From positions 1-64,000 of the IMG/VR virus record IMGVR_UViG_3300044546_000600: a stretch of 64,000 nucleotides of DNA; one strand, given 5' to 3'. The translations under genes and the position numbers were made by a program. How positions within the stretch are numbered: the first letter of the stretch is position 1; each line of letters opens with the position of its first letter. Under the pieces are notes generated by a model, which worked only from the letters and a program-made list of their open reading frames with translations, had not been told where the DNA came from and made no database searches. The stretch is from a virus. Its lineage: Duplodnaviria > Caudoviricetes. Of the stretch, positions 46,638 to 56,823 are shown in pieces.

Positions 46638-49014
46638 TGACTTGTATCTCGTTATCTTTAATCTTTACTTTAATCTCATTATACGAGCTACACGCCAAAC
46701 TGTCAACTATCTTTGTTTTAAGTTCGTTTTCGATGAAGAAGATAACCCCTCTTGCTCCATTCTTTGAATCCTTAGCCTTAGACAAGATAAAGCTAACAAC
46801 ATCTTTAGAAAAAGATACTGTTGTGCCATTGGTCTTTAATGAAGCCTTGATTGATTCAAGTTCTGTTTCAGCGATCTTAACCAAAGACTCATCTTTCAAA
46901 TGATCAAAAATGATTACGTCGTTTAAACGAGCTAAGAACTCTGGTCTAAAAAATCTTTTTAATTTCTCTTGAACACTGTCTTTAGAGATGACCTCTTCTG
47001 CTGGAGCGCAAAAACCAATTTGTTTGTTGTCGCCGAACTGAAAGCCAACGTTGCCAGTCATGATCAAAATGCAGTTCTTAAAATTGAGCTTTCTACCGTG
47101 CGAATCACTGAGTTCTCCGTTGTCCATTACTTGAAGAAGTATATTAACAACATCTGGATGAGCTTTTTCAATTTCATCGAACAGGAAGATAGAAGATGGA
47201 CGCTTCTCTAGTTGCTTGGAGAAGATGTTTGACTGGCCGTATCCAACATAACCGGGCGGTGAGCCGATAAGCTTAGAGATAGAATGAGGCTCCATAAACT
47301 CTGACATATCAATTCTTACGAGACTTTCTTCACCGCCAAAAGCTTGTCTAGACAATGCTTTAGCTAAGTGAGTTTTGCCAGAACCAGTTGGACCAACAAA
47401 CATAAAACTGCCAAGAGGTTTGCTGGTAGATGACAATCCAAAAGAAGAGCGTAAAATACAGTCGGAAATCTTCTTTAGGGCGGCATCTTGTCCAAAGACG
47501 TATTTCTTTAATTCATTATGTATATTTCTGAAATTAGAATCTTGAGCGTTGGTGTCGATTATAGACCCAACTTTTTCGCAGAGGACTTGATAAACGTCTT
47601 TGCGAGTAGCTGTCACTTTTTTGTTTTCTTGCAGCTTCATCCAAGATTCAAATTTTACTTTGTATTCTTTAACAATACTGTTAATCTGAATACTTTTAGA
47701 TTCCTCAGACTCAAACAAACCTTCGGACTGCTCTAATTCATAAATCATAGCTTCGATCTTTTTGATCTCTTCTGACCTAGCGTAAGTCTTGATTTTGACT
47801 TTAGCTCCAACTTGATCTAGAATATCAATAGCTTTATCTGGGAATCTTCTATTAGGAATGTACTTAGCGCATAGTTCGATTATGTCGCTGAGAGTTTTAT
47901 CAGGGAACTGAATCTTATGGAACTCCTCGTAGTATGGCTTAATGTTCTTTAAGATATTAAGGGTTTCTTCTTTGCTCGGCTCTTTGACAAATACAGTCTC
48001 AAACCTGCGATTCATTGCGGAATCCTTTTGGAAGAACTGCTCGTATTCTTTTTGGGTGGTTGCGCCAATGCAGCTAATCTCATCAGTAGCAAGATAAGGC
48101 TTTAGGATGTTAGCTGTATCTAAAGAACCTTCGTCGCCGCCAAGACCAATCACTGTATGAATTTCATCAATAAACAAAATAATTGATTTAGCTTCTTTAA
48201 CTTCCTTTAATACTTTATGAAGGCGCTCTTCAAACTGACCTCTAAGATTAGTGCCAGCAATCATTGCCGTCATATCTAACTGCATGATTGTTTTACCTAA
48301 AAGGAATTCAGTAGATTCGCCGCTAATAATCTTCTTGGCGAGTAGTCCAACAATTGTGCTTTTGCCAACACCAGCTTCGCCAACAAGAATCGGATTGCGC
48401 TTTTGCTTACGGCAAAGTACTTCTGATACTTGAGCAACTTCGGCATCACGAAAACAAGCATTGTCAAAATCACCGTTCTCGGCTTTCTCTGTAAAATTTA
48501 TGCAAAAATCTTTTAGAACGCTGCTGGACGTAGAAGTTGCGGTTTGAGTGGACAACTTTTTTGTTGGATTAGAAACAGTTTTGCAACCAGATTCAATCTC
48601 GCTAGTCAAAAAGATAACGTCAACGCCTTGAGATTTGAAAAACTTCTTAGCCCAAGAAGAATGGCGAAGCATAGAAAGAAACAAATGCTCTACACCAGTA
48701 TAATTTTGATTGTAAAAACGAGAAATCTTATATGATTCTTTTATTACCTTTATAACCGAATCGGTATAATCTACGTTAGACTTTTTGCGCTTTCTTTCTG
48801 GAAGTTCCTTTTCTAGTCGGCTAACCAGTTCAGACGGAAGCACTTTTATCTGCTTAAATGCGTTATCAACAATCATGGATTGTGACGAAAGCAAGGCATA
48901 AAGCATAAAAGACTCGTCAATTTCGACGTAATTATAGCTTAGACATTTTTGCTTAGCGATGTCTAAGAGTCTTTTTACTTTTGGAGTGAAGTTAACGTCT
49001 TCCACTTTATTCAT
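46576..49014 (-). CDS. ClpA/ClpC-type AAA+ unfoldase
   Basis: Clp N-domain, GEAGVGKS, LFIDEIH, IGATT, RRF, GPTGSGKT, RIDMSEF, GSPPGYVGY, FDEIEKAHPDV, IGF loop. Confidence 0.95.
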   Translation of the reverse strand: MNKVEDVNFTPKVKRLLDIAKQKCLSYNYVEIDESFMLYALLSSQSMIVDNAFKQIKVLPSELVSRLEKELPERKRKKSNVDYTDSVIKVIKESYKISRFYNQNYTGVEHLFLSMLRHSSWAKKFFKSQGVDVIFLTSEIESGCKTVSNPTKKLSTQTATSTSSSVLKDFCINFTEKAENGDFDNACFRDAEVAQVSEVLCRKQKRNPILVGEAGVGKSTIVGLLAKKIISGESTEFLLGKTIMQLDMTAMIAGTNLRGQFEERLHKVLKEVKEAKSIILFIDEIHTVIGLGGDEGSLDTANILKPYLATDEISCIGATTQKEYEQFFQKDSAMNRRFETVFVKEPSKEETLNILKNIKPYYEEFHKIQFPDKTLSDIIELCAKYIPNRRFPDKAIDILDQVGAKVKIKTYARSEEIKKIEAMIYELEQSEGLFESEESKSIQINSIVKEYKVKFESWMKLQENKKVTATRKDVYQVLCEKVGSIIDTNAQDSNFRNIHNELKKYVFGQDAALKKISDCILRSSFGLSSTSKPLGSFMFVGPTGSGKTHLAKALSRQAFGGEESLVRIDMSEFMEPHSISKLIGSPPGYVGYGQSNIFSKQLEKRPSSIFLFDEIEKAHPDVVNILLQVMDNGELSDSHGRKLNFKNCILIMTGNVGFQFGDNKQIGFCAPAEEVISKDSVQEKLKRFFRPEFLARLNDVIIFDHLKDESLVKIAETELESIKASLKTNGTTVSFSKDVVSFILSKAKDSKNGARGVIFFIENELKTKIVDSLACSSYNEIKVKIKDNEIQVNGTKEKLLAAHSSRQHSVAN

Positions 49015-49023
49015 TTTACACTT

Positions 49024-51579
49024 TTATGATTGTAAGTCAGATAATTTAGTATATATTTTTTCGTTTAAAATACTTAACGAGTCCAAAAAGATAGAGTCGT
49101 CGGATTTATTTCCGTAGAGAATGACAATGTCGTCTTCTTGCGGTGTTTTACCGCCACCTTCGTAGTAGCGAGTGAGCTTGTCTTCCCTGCCGTCCATGAG
49201 GCGGCAAGACATTTGCCCGTATTCGTCAGAGATTTGGATGAATAGATATTTGTTTCCATTTTTACTTGTTTTCTTTTTAGCTTCTTTGACTACGCCAACG
49301 ATCTTCACTGGCTGGCGAGCATCTAACTGCGAAATCTCATAGGTTGTCAATAGTCTTTGCTCATCTTCTTCTGAAAAGACCTCTCTTAGTTTGTGAGTGT
49401 AGCTATAACCGAGCAACTTCTTCTCGAAAAACCAGTTCGCAAACTTCTCGTGAGTTTTGTTCATCTCGTAAATCTTCTTATACGAGTCGTACTTAGCTCT
49501 GAACGTAGTGAAACGCTTTTCAGTCATGAAAGGTTTAGCGTCGTCACCAGCAAGTTTGTTATTAACTAGATCAGCTATAGCTTTGAGAACGTCAAAATTA
49601 TATTTTGCAGCAACAAGTTTAATGTTTCTCTTTTCTCTATCGCTAAGAATGTTGTAAGACTGAGCTTCAAGAACTAGTCGGCAACGCCTATCTCCAAAGC
49701 TAGAAAGTGTTCCAGCTTGAATAAGAGAAGACAAGACGCCGATATTAAGACCAGCTTCTTTTGCAGCGTCAAAACAATCAACTTTATCTGAAAACTCTTT
49801 TTGTCTAAAAGCTAAAAGATTTTGAAGAACTTTATCAGAAACACCTTTGATAGCGTTTAAGCCAAATCGGATGTTCTTTTCTTCAATCTCAAAGTCTGAT
49901 TTCGATTTAACCAAATCAGGAGAAAGAAGCTTAATATCAAAGAAAGGCAGCTCTTGCGATATAGCTTCGATTTCTTCGTGAGGGCTAGGCTCGTGCTTAG
50001 ATGATTTTAGCAAAGCCAAAAAGAACTCTTGAGGATAATTGAATTTAAGATAAGTCGTTATTGCGCTTAATGTTGCATATGATACAGCGTGAGAAGCGTT
50101 GAACGAATAATTAGCACTATCTTCTGCGACCTTCCAAAGAACGTCAGAGATAACAGGGTCTAAGTTATTCTCTTTGATCTTGTTAGAAATCTTTTCCTTC
50201 CAAGCTGGCATTTCACTAACCTTCTTTTTGCCAATGATGCGGCGAACAGTTTCAGCTTCATCAAGAGTAAAGCCTACTTTAACTACCATCTTCATTAACT
50301 GTTCTTGGAAGATTGGAATACCACCTGTTACGCCCAAAATATCATCAAAGAATGGATGAACAGACTGGAAGTTGCCAGTTTCAACATACTCGGCGTATTG
50401 ATTCATGAAATCCAACGCGCCTGGCCGTGCTAGAGCCAACACACAGGCCAATTCAAAGAGATTGCGAGGCTTGACCTTCTTGCATACATGAAAGTTGGTA
50501 TTGGCCTCAATTTGGAACAGTCCTTTGGGGTTAGATAAGTCTTGAAAGTATTTGTAGGTAGATGAGGAGTCGTAATCGAGAGTTTTAAAGTCTAAACCTA
50601 GTTTCTGACAGGTTTCATAAACTACGGACAAGGTTCTAAGACCAAGAATATCGAACTTAACGGTGATTTCAGAAATGTTGTTCATTTCATAAGCACTAAC
50701 AAGCTCGCCTTCTCCTGTCTTTTGAAGAGGCATAATGTCCTCGTTGTTGAAGTAAGAAATCGAAATGCCAGAAGGATGAACGCCACAGTTCTTATTTAAG
50801 CCTTCTAATTTTTTAGCAATTTTAAATACCTTTGGATGAGAGTCGCAGAAAGCTTTGAACTGTTCGCTTTGTTTATATGCGTCTTTAAGAGCAAACACCT
50901 TTCCGAATTGTTTGGGGATAACATCGCTAACGGCGTTCACTGCGTCTTCATTCATTTCTCCTACAATCTTACCGCACTCTTTAACGCAGAGTTTACCAGT
51001 AAGAGTGTTCATGGTAAGAATCTTACAAGTTTTGCCAGAGTATTTGGCTTTGATATAATCAATAACTGCTTGGCGTTTTGAGAACTCAATGTCATTATCT
51101 ACGTCAGGCATCAAAGAACCATCAAGATAAGTTACTCCATCAACTACGATCTTCTTCGCTCTGCTCTTAGAAACGAATCTTTCAAATAGCAAGCCGTGTT
51201 CGATTGGGTCAACATTCGTGACTCCGACCAAGAACAAGATCAAAGAACCTGCGGCAGAACCACGACCGTAACCAGTAGGAATACCGTTCTCATGGGCAAA
51301 GTTCATAATATCCCAATTGAGCAAAATGTAATCAACGAAGCCAAGCTCATCAAAAACGCTAAGCTCCATTTTAGCTCTATCGTAATAAGCCTGTTTGTTC
51401 TCTTTCTTGTCGATGCCTTTTACCTTGACCGCCTTTAGCGAGAGCTGACGAAGGAATTCAAGATTAGAGCAATTTTCTTGGATGCCAAGATTTTTGTAAT
51501 GGCGACTGTCGATCTCGATCTTTGGAAGCCGAACGCCCGGTGGAATCGGGTTTTTGTAGTCTGTGAATTTGTCAAGCAT
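49024..51579 (-). CDS. dnaE: DNA polymerase III alpha core lacking the PHP domain
   Basis: GRGSAAGS, LLFERF, PDVDND, HPSG, KFDILGL, YSFNASHA, IRFGLNAIKG, C-terminal OB fold. Confidence 0.96.
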   Translation of the reverse strand: MLDKFTDYKNPIPPGVRLPKIEIDSRHYKNLGIQENCSNLEFLRQLSLKAVKVKGIDKKENKQAYYDRAKMELSVFDELGFVDYILLNWDIMNFAHENGIPTGYGRGSAAGSLILFLVGVTNVDPIEHGLLFERFVSKSRAKKIVVDGVTYLDGSLMPDVDNDIEFSKRQAVIDYIKAKYSGKTCKILTMNTLTGKLCVKECGKIVGEMNEDAVNAVSDVIPKQFGKVFALKDAYKQSEQFKAFCDSHPKVFKIAKKLEGLNKNCGVHPSGISISYFNNEDIMPLQKTGEGELVSAYEMNNISEITVKFDILGLRTLSVVYETCQKLGLDFKTLDYDSSSTYKYFQDLSNPKGLFQIEANTNFHVCKKVKPRNLFELACVLALARPGALDFMNQYAEYVETGNFQSVHPFFDDILGVTGGIPIFQEQLMKMVVKVGFTLDEAETVRRIIGKKKVSEMPAWKEKISNKIKENNLDPVISDVLWKVAEDSANYSFNASHAVSYATLSAITTYLKFNYPQEFFLALLKSSKHEPSPHEEIEAISQELPFFDIKLLSPDLVKSKSDFEIEEKNIRFGLNAIKGVSDKVLQNLLAFRQKEFSDKVDCFDAAKEAGLNIGVLSSLIQAGTLSSFGDRRCRLVLEAQSYNILSDREKRNIKLVAAKYNFDVLKAIADLVNNKLAGDDAKPFMTEKRFTTFRAKYDSYKKIYEMNKTHEKFANWFFEKKLLGYSYTHKLREVFSEEDEQRLLTTYEISQLDARQPVKIVGVVKEAKKKTSKNGNKYLFIQISDEYGQMSCRLMDGREDKLTRYYEGGGKTPQEDDIVILYGNKSDDSIFLDSLSILNEKIYTKLSDLQS

Positions 51580-52208
51580 TAGATTTCAACCTCCGAGATT
51601 TGACGACGAAAGATTTTATAATTCATTTTAATATCGTACATCGCGTTATGCAGCATTGCTGGATCATGCTCAATTGCATAATGCTTCAACAGAAAAGCCT
51701 GACTTGTTTTGATTCCTTTTTCAAAGTGGTTCATGAGTTTCATCTGCCAACAAAGAAAATCTCCGTCGTTAGGTTTAACTTGTTTAAAGATAGACATAGC
51801 TAACGCTCTTGTGTCAATCATTCTGCTCAAGAAACTCCAGTCATTTTGAATACCCAAGCCATTCATAAGAGTGTTCAAAATGTAAATATCGTAATTTAAG
51901 ATGTTCTGGCCAACAAGAATAACGTCCTTGTCATAAAGAGTTTTGGCGAATTTCTTCCAAACCTCCATAGGTTGTTGCGCTTTTCTTAAATAAGCTTCTT
52001 TATTGAAGTTCGTGATCTTGGCGGCACCTTCCGACATATTCAAATCTTCAAACAAGATAAACTCGTCATGCTCTTCAATGATCTCTTCTCCTTGGCAGAT
52101 AATCCAAGATAGTTGCCAAGGGCGTGACGACGTTAACGACAAGCCTTCCGTCTCTGTGTCAAATACGGCGAACTTCTGATGTTTGTTATTTCTTAAAAGC
52201 GTTTTCAT
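51579..52208 (-). CDS. DEDDh 3'-5' exonuclease (DnaQ/epsilon-like)
   Basis: FDTETEG, GQNILNYD, HNAMYD; ATGA overlap with the PHP gene. Confidence 0.9.
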   Translation of the reverse strand: MKTLLRNNKHQKFAVFDTETEGLSLTSSRPWQLSWIICQGEEIIEEHDEFILFEDLNMSEGAAKITNFNKEAYLRKAQQPMEVWKKFAKTLYDKDVILVGQNILNYDIYILNTLMNGLGIQNDWSFLSRMIDTRALAMSIFKQVKPNDGDFLCWQMKLMNHFEKGIKTSQAFLLKHYAIEHDPAMLHNAMYDIKMNYKIFRRQISEVEI

Positions 52209-52945
52209 TTTGACTCTTTCCAAGATTGAAAGCAGAATTCTTTACTGGCGCAACCATTAAGTTCTGGAGCCGATAAGGTTTGAAACTTGCCCATGCGCCG
52301 ATTACAAGCTATCTTATAAGTTACCCAAGCATCATAATCACTTCTGTTCTTGTAGTAGATAGACTTGGTTTCAATGATGTTACCTTTCTTAGCGTAACAC
52401 GAAACAAAATCAGCGATATGCTTATCGAAAGGAAGTTTGTTGTTCTCTACGAAGTATGTGTGATGATGTTTATCAATAAAATCAGGTATGCAATTTGAGA
52501 AAGTATAATTGTTGTTCCATACATACGAATCATAGAAAGGTATAACAAGATGAACATCTTTGGTGATTAGGTTACTTAAATCTTCGCTTGCTATAACTCC
52601 GTCTTTCACTGCGTTGGTGAAAGTATAAATTTTATTTAATTGTCTAAAGCCTTCGTCATTCAAAGCGAACAAGACGACTTTATGTTTCGATGATTCAACT
52701 GTGTCGTAGCTGTTGCAAACAGTTAAACGAATACCGAACTTGAGAGAAAGCTGGTTTGCTCGGCAGGCTTTAAATGCCGACAAAAAACCAGTGAAAGAAT
52801 CCTCGACCAAGAAAACTTCTTTAAGACCATTTTCGAGAGCAATAGAAATGATGCTGTCTGGCCCATCTTCTTTCTGCTTTTCTGGCTCGGCTAAAGTAAG
52901 GATGCTTTTTCCAACGGAAAAGTGAGACTTGAATAGCGGTATCAT
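52205..52945 (-). CDS. stand-alone PHP domain of Pol III alpha
   Basis: SHFSVGKS...SLKFGIRL...VVLFALNDEGFRQL...IETKSIYY match the DnaE N-terminus. Confidence 0.82.
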   Translation of the reverse strand: MIPLFKSHFSVGKSILTLAEPEKQKEDGPDSIISIALENGLKEVFLVEDSFTGFLSAFKACRANQLSLKFGIRLTVCNSYDTVESSKHKVVLFALNDEGFRQLNKIYTFTNAVKDGVIASEDLSNLITKDVHLVIPFYDSYVWNNNYTFSNCIPDFIDKHHHTYFVENNKLPFDKHIADFVSCYAKKGNIIETKSIYYKNRSDYDAWVTYKIACNRRMGKFQTLSAPELNGCASKEFCFQSWKESK

Positions 52946-52976
52946 TAATCCAATAATTCAGACAATTTCAAAGCTG

Positions 52977-53999
52977 TCAAGACTTATTGTGTCTTGGGCA
53001 TCCAGAGTAATGCTCTTTTGTAACTTTGTCGGTTTCTTTCGCAGTCTTAAAAGCTTCGTCCATATTCTCCTCAGAGAAAGTTTTTATGATGGTGTTGTTT
53101 TTGTCGCGGAGAGCGTAATAGTTGTAGGCGAATTTATACGGACAATGCCACATCGGGTTGCCGTCTTTCTTTAGCTGGCCCTTAAACTTTGCAAAACCGC
53201 AGGAAAGCTTACCGCTAAAAGAGCCGTCTGACGGAATAGGTTTATCCGCTGCGAAATTTGAGTGAGCGTCACTTTCAGAAAAACCGTCGATAACTTTTTG
53301 AATCTCGCAAAGCTGATCTTCAAAATCAGAAAGCTCTTGATCTGATAAAGCTGGCATTGTCAAAAGCCCATCGCCACCGCGAGAAACGTCAAACTTCAAG
53401 AACAGAAACTCCATCTTAACTTTGTGATCTGGGTTAAGTTGTTTTGAAGCAAGAGTGTACATCAAGTGCTGCAAATTATCTTCGGCATCTTTACCAGCAA
53501 AAACCGCTTTGCTAGTTTTGTAATCTCTTACAGTAGAAGAATTATCAGAGTAAACGAACTGGCGATCAATAAAACCTTTGATGCGGTATTTTTTATCATT
53601 TTTATCTACTGTAAGATCAAACGATCTTTCGTTAAAATCTTGAATAGGCTTCTGCTTCTTATCCCCAAAGAAATCATACTTCAAGCCTACGAGAGTCATC
53701 TCTCTAATCAGCTTCATGTTTTCAGGGTCAGAAACTCGGTTTCTACGGGCGCGCTTTAGCGTAAGCGACTTGATCGAAGGAATAGCGAAAGGGTCTCCTT
53801 CTTTGATTATCTTGTTGACATATTTCTTTCTGCTGGGCTTAGAAAGCATTTCGAGAATCAAGTGAACAACGTCCCCACGATTTGCGCCATCGTTAGACGA
53901 GTCAGGAAGCTTTAAAACGTAATTGCACCAGTAAGACCAGCTGCATTTGTCTAGCGTCTTAATTCTACTGGCGGATAAAGCTGTTAATGGTTTAGACAA
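52977..53999 (-). CDS. Cas4/AddB-like PD-(D/E)xK exonuclease
   Basis: LSASRIKTLDKC, KGFIDR, VRDYKTSK, QHLMY, C-terminal Cys residues. Confidence 0.85.
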   Translation of the reverse strand: MSKPLTALSASRIKTLDKCSWSYWCNYVLKLPDSSNDGANRGDVVHLILEMLSKPSRKKYVNKIIKEGDPFAIPSIKSLTLKRARRNRVSDPENMKLIREMTLVGLKYDFFGDKKQKPIQDFNERSFDLTVDKNDKKYRIKGFIDRQFVYSDNSSTVRDYKTSKAVFAGKDAEDNLQHLMYTLASKQLNPDHKVKMEFLFLKFDVSRGGDGLLTMPALSDQELSDFEDQLCEIQKVIDGFSESDAHSNFAADKPIPSDGSFSGKLSCGFAKFKGQLKKDGNPMWHCPYKFAYNYYALRDKNNTIIKTFSEENMDEAFKTAKETDKVTKEHYSGCPRHNKS

Positions 54000-55083
54000 G
54001 TGAGTCCTTTAGTTCTTCTGCTTTTTTAATTAACAGGCGATTAAAATCATTCTGGCAAGCTATTTCGTATATTTTTTTAATTTGAGCTTCTTTATTTATC
54101 ATTTTATCATTCCATTTATCAAATATATCATCTTGCCCTTCGTGTTTTAGTAAGTTCATATCGCTAAAATCATTAGCCAAAGGAAGCTTAATAGACAGTT
54201 TGGTATGGTCAAAAACAGAACAAAGCTGCAAGTACGACTTGCAAGATGAAACTAATCCGTGATTAAAATCGCTCTTTGAATCGTTGTTGTAGGCAATAAC
54301 GATCTTGTCGGGATTAAGTTCAACAAGAGTTGAACAGAGTTTAGAGGAGATTCCCAAACCGAATGTAACCAAGTTATTTGAATAGCCGTTTTCATAAAGA
54401 GCCATACTGTCACCAATGCTTTCTACGATAATAACAGTTCCAGTTTCAGCAATTTTTTCCCTAACAATCTCAACGCCGCCTCGTTTAATGTGAAGAGGAT
54501 AAACCCAATTTGTTTTTTTACCCATGTGCTTCCACTTTGGAAAGGTAGAATCCTTATCCCAAACTGTAGCTCTAGCGGAAAACCCATGAATATCTCCTTG
54601 AGAATTATAAATAGGAAAAACGATTCTTCTGAAAAGCTGCCCAGCAGTAGCGTAGCCGCATTTATAGAAATTTAAAGTATCCGGAGAAATCATCTTCTTA
54701 GAATAGAAATCTAAATGAGGAAGAAGGTTCTCTAGTATTGATTCTGGATAGATTTTTTCCATTTCGATTTTCTCTTTAACTTCGTTAGATATGATATCTT
54801 GAAGATCAAATTTTACATACTTATCTATCACTGAATCATCTTTTGTATTTAGGGTAAGAGAAATTAGCCTCTTGATCGGGAAGCTTTTGTCTCCGCTAGC
54901 AAAGTCTGTCCATACGCCGCTGTTCTTATAAATCTTTAAAGCTGTAGCGTTATCACCTCCACGATAAATCGCAGAAGAGCGCCAATAGCTGCCGCAATCT
55001 CTTAGATTATAACCTAAAGATTCTAGCGAGCTTTTAAGCTGCGTAGGATCAAGGGTTAAAGTTTGGGACATCGTCTTGTTCAT
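53992..55083 (-). CDS. dnaG: DNA primase (DnaG-like TOPRIM)
   Basis: RRIVFPIYN...GFSAR...KW, IIVESIGD; adjacent to DnaB. Confidence 0.82.
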   Translation of the reverse strand: MNKTMSQTLTLDPTQLKSSLESLGYNLRDCGSYWRSSAIYRGGDNATALKIYKNSGVWTDFASGDKSFPIKRLISLTLNTKDDSVIDKYVKFDLQDIISNEVKEKIEMEKIYPESILENLLPHLDFYSKKMISPDTLNFYKCGYATAGQLFRRIVFPIYNSQGDIHGFSARATVWDKDSTFPKWKHMGKKTNWVYPLHIKRGGVEIVREKIAETGTVIIVESIGDSMALYENGYSNNLVTFGLGISSKLCSTLVELNPDKIVIAYNNDSKSDFNHGLVSSCKSYLQLCSVFDHTKLSIKLPLANDFSDMNLLKHEGQDDIFDKWNDKMINKEAQIKKIYEIACQNDFNRLLIKKAEELKDSLV

Positions 55084-56569
55084 TAGAGGCTTCTGGTCTT
55101 GTTATTCCTGTATCCATTGAACGAACAATATCGCGCAAATCTCCATGCTCGGTAACGTCGAAATTATTAAAGCGAAGATTGATAAAGTTACGGCGCAAAT
55201 TTCCGTCTGGCATACGCACAGGCTCAACTGCGCCAGCAATGTCAGAACCCAAGAAACGATTCTTGATAAAGATCAGTTTATGAGTGCCGAAATCATTTCC
55301 GTCCTCCATTCTTTCGTCAACTGTCTTGTTGCGGAGAATTGCCATATGAGAACAATAGTGAACGATACGGTCAGACATAGACACGATACTTTCATCATCG
55401 TTAATATCGCTAGCGTTACGGTTAGTCGTTACGCCACTTCTATTTGACTGCACAGAAGTGAACATCGCCACCAAAGGTTTATGATCTTGAACTAAATCAC
55501 GTTGAATAGTTTTCTTAAACTTATCCAACATATTACCGATTACTTGCCATTCAGATTTGTCCTTATCAGAATCAGCAGAAGGCTTAATGTAATCGAAGCT
55601 AAAGATCATCTTGTTGCCGCGACCAATCTTTGAGTAGTAAAATCTCTTCAAGGTATTAACCATTTGATCAGTAGTCATTCCTCCTACATTGTAGTAATAG
55701 AATTTAAGATTCTTCACTTTAGTCCAAGTAGCGCGAACACGATCAACAATTTCAGATCCAGCCTTACGCCAAAGACCGCTTTCAAGAAGATGAACAGGAA
55801 CGTGACTCAGAGCGGCGCACTGACGCATGATAACTTCTTCTTTGCTCATTTCGCCGTTATCAAAGTGGAGAACTGGAACATCGTACTCTGCCGAAACTTT
55901 TGTGCAGAAATTCAAAGACAAAAGAGTTTTACCTACGCCAGAGCGGGCAACGATAACAGTGATATTACCGGGTCTTAAAAGGGACCCGTAAATCTTGTTA
56001 ACTGTCGGGAATGGACCCATAAGGCCAAACTCAGTAATCGGATTGTTACCGCGATCTTCAATGATAGACTCCATTTCTTCAAAAATGTTAACAGGCTTTT
56101 CGTCATTATTTTCATATAAATTAATTGTTTTATTAAAGGATGAATCAGCTTCTTCAATGATCTTTTGATAAGAAGCATCAGGAGCTATTCTTTTCATCTT
56201 ATCCGCAACATCCAAAGCCGACTTGTGAATCGTGCGGCGAATAGAATATTTCTTAATCTCTTTCGCTGCGGCAACTGCTGTTGTTGGATTAGTCTTTCTG
56301 ACAGCTAAGGAACGACAATAATCAAAGACATTGATGTTGTCTTGAAAAGAGACGCCAATTTCTTTAATGCGTTGAGCTATAATTACTTCATCTATCTTCT
56401 CGTTGGCCTCAAGGCATTTACGAATGATATGATAAATCGTTTTGTGAACAACGGTGGACTCTGAATAGAAATCAGATTCAGATACAAAGTCGCAGACTTC
56501 TGCGTAAGTATCTGGATGCTGAATCAGTCCAGCTAAAAACTGCTGTTCTACTTCTAGTGAATAAAGCAT
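55049..56569 (-). CDS. dnaB: replicative DNA helicase
   Basis: EVEQQFLAGL, ARSGVGKT, FDNGEM, FDYIK, KNRF. Confidence 0.92.
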   Translation of the reverse strand: MLYSLEVEQQFLAGLIQHPDTYAEVCDFVSESDFYSESTVVHKTIYHIIRKCLEANEKIDEVIIAQRIKEIGVSFQDNINVFDYCRSLAVRKTNPTTAVAAAKEIKKYSIRRTIHKSALDVADKMKRIAPDASYQKIIEEADSSFNKTINLYENNDEKPVNIFEEMESIIEDRGNNPITEFGLMGPFPTVNKIYGSLLRPGNITVIVARSGVGKTLLSLNFCTKVSAEYDVPVLHFDNGEMSKEEVIMRQCAALSHVPVHLLESGLWRKAGSEIVDRVRATWTKVKNLKFYYYNVGGMTTDQMVNTLKRFYYSKIGRGNKMIFSFDYIKPSADSDKDKSEWQVIGNMLDKFKKTIQRDLVQDHKPLVAMFTSVQSNRSGVTTNRNASDINDDESIVSMSDRIVHYCSHMAILRNKTVDERMEDGNDFGTHKLIFIKNRFLGSDIAGAVEPVRMPDGNLRRNFINLRFNNFDVTEHGDLRDIVRSMDTGITRPEASNEQDDVPNFNP

Positions 56570-56823
56570 TATTCGTTATCGTCCGAAATTTCTGTGGAGT
56601 CTTCGTTAAGCCATTCTTCCATAGCTTTTTTAAGACCAAGAGAAGTTAAAACTGAATCGAAGCGAGTGTAGATTTGAGGAGTGCCGTTCTCAGAGCAGAT
56701 ACAAAGAACAACGCCTTTGTACGAATCCGCGCCGCCAGACATTTCATAAATCTGCGCGACCATTTCGACTGGAAATTTGAATTCTTTATTTTCGTTATCT
56801 TTTTTGTCTTTAGGTTTCTTCAT
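56569..56823 (-). CDS. hypothetical protein
   Basis: 84-aa ORF with 1- and 4-nt overlaps. Confidence 0.65.
   Translation of the reverse strand: MKKPKDKKDNENKEFKFPVEMVAQIYEMSGGADSYKGVVLCICSENGTPQIYTRFDSVLTSLGLKKAMEEWLNEDSTEISDDNE

Noticed and set aside
52977-53999. CRISPR-Cas system suggested by the Cas4-like nuclease
   Set aside because: No repeat-spacer array or other cas genes seen; stand-alone Cas4-like nucleases are common in phage replication modules
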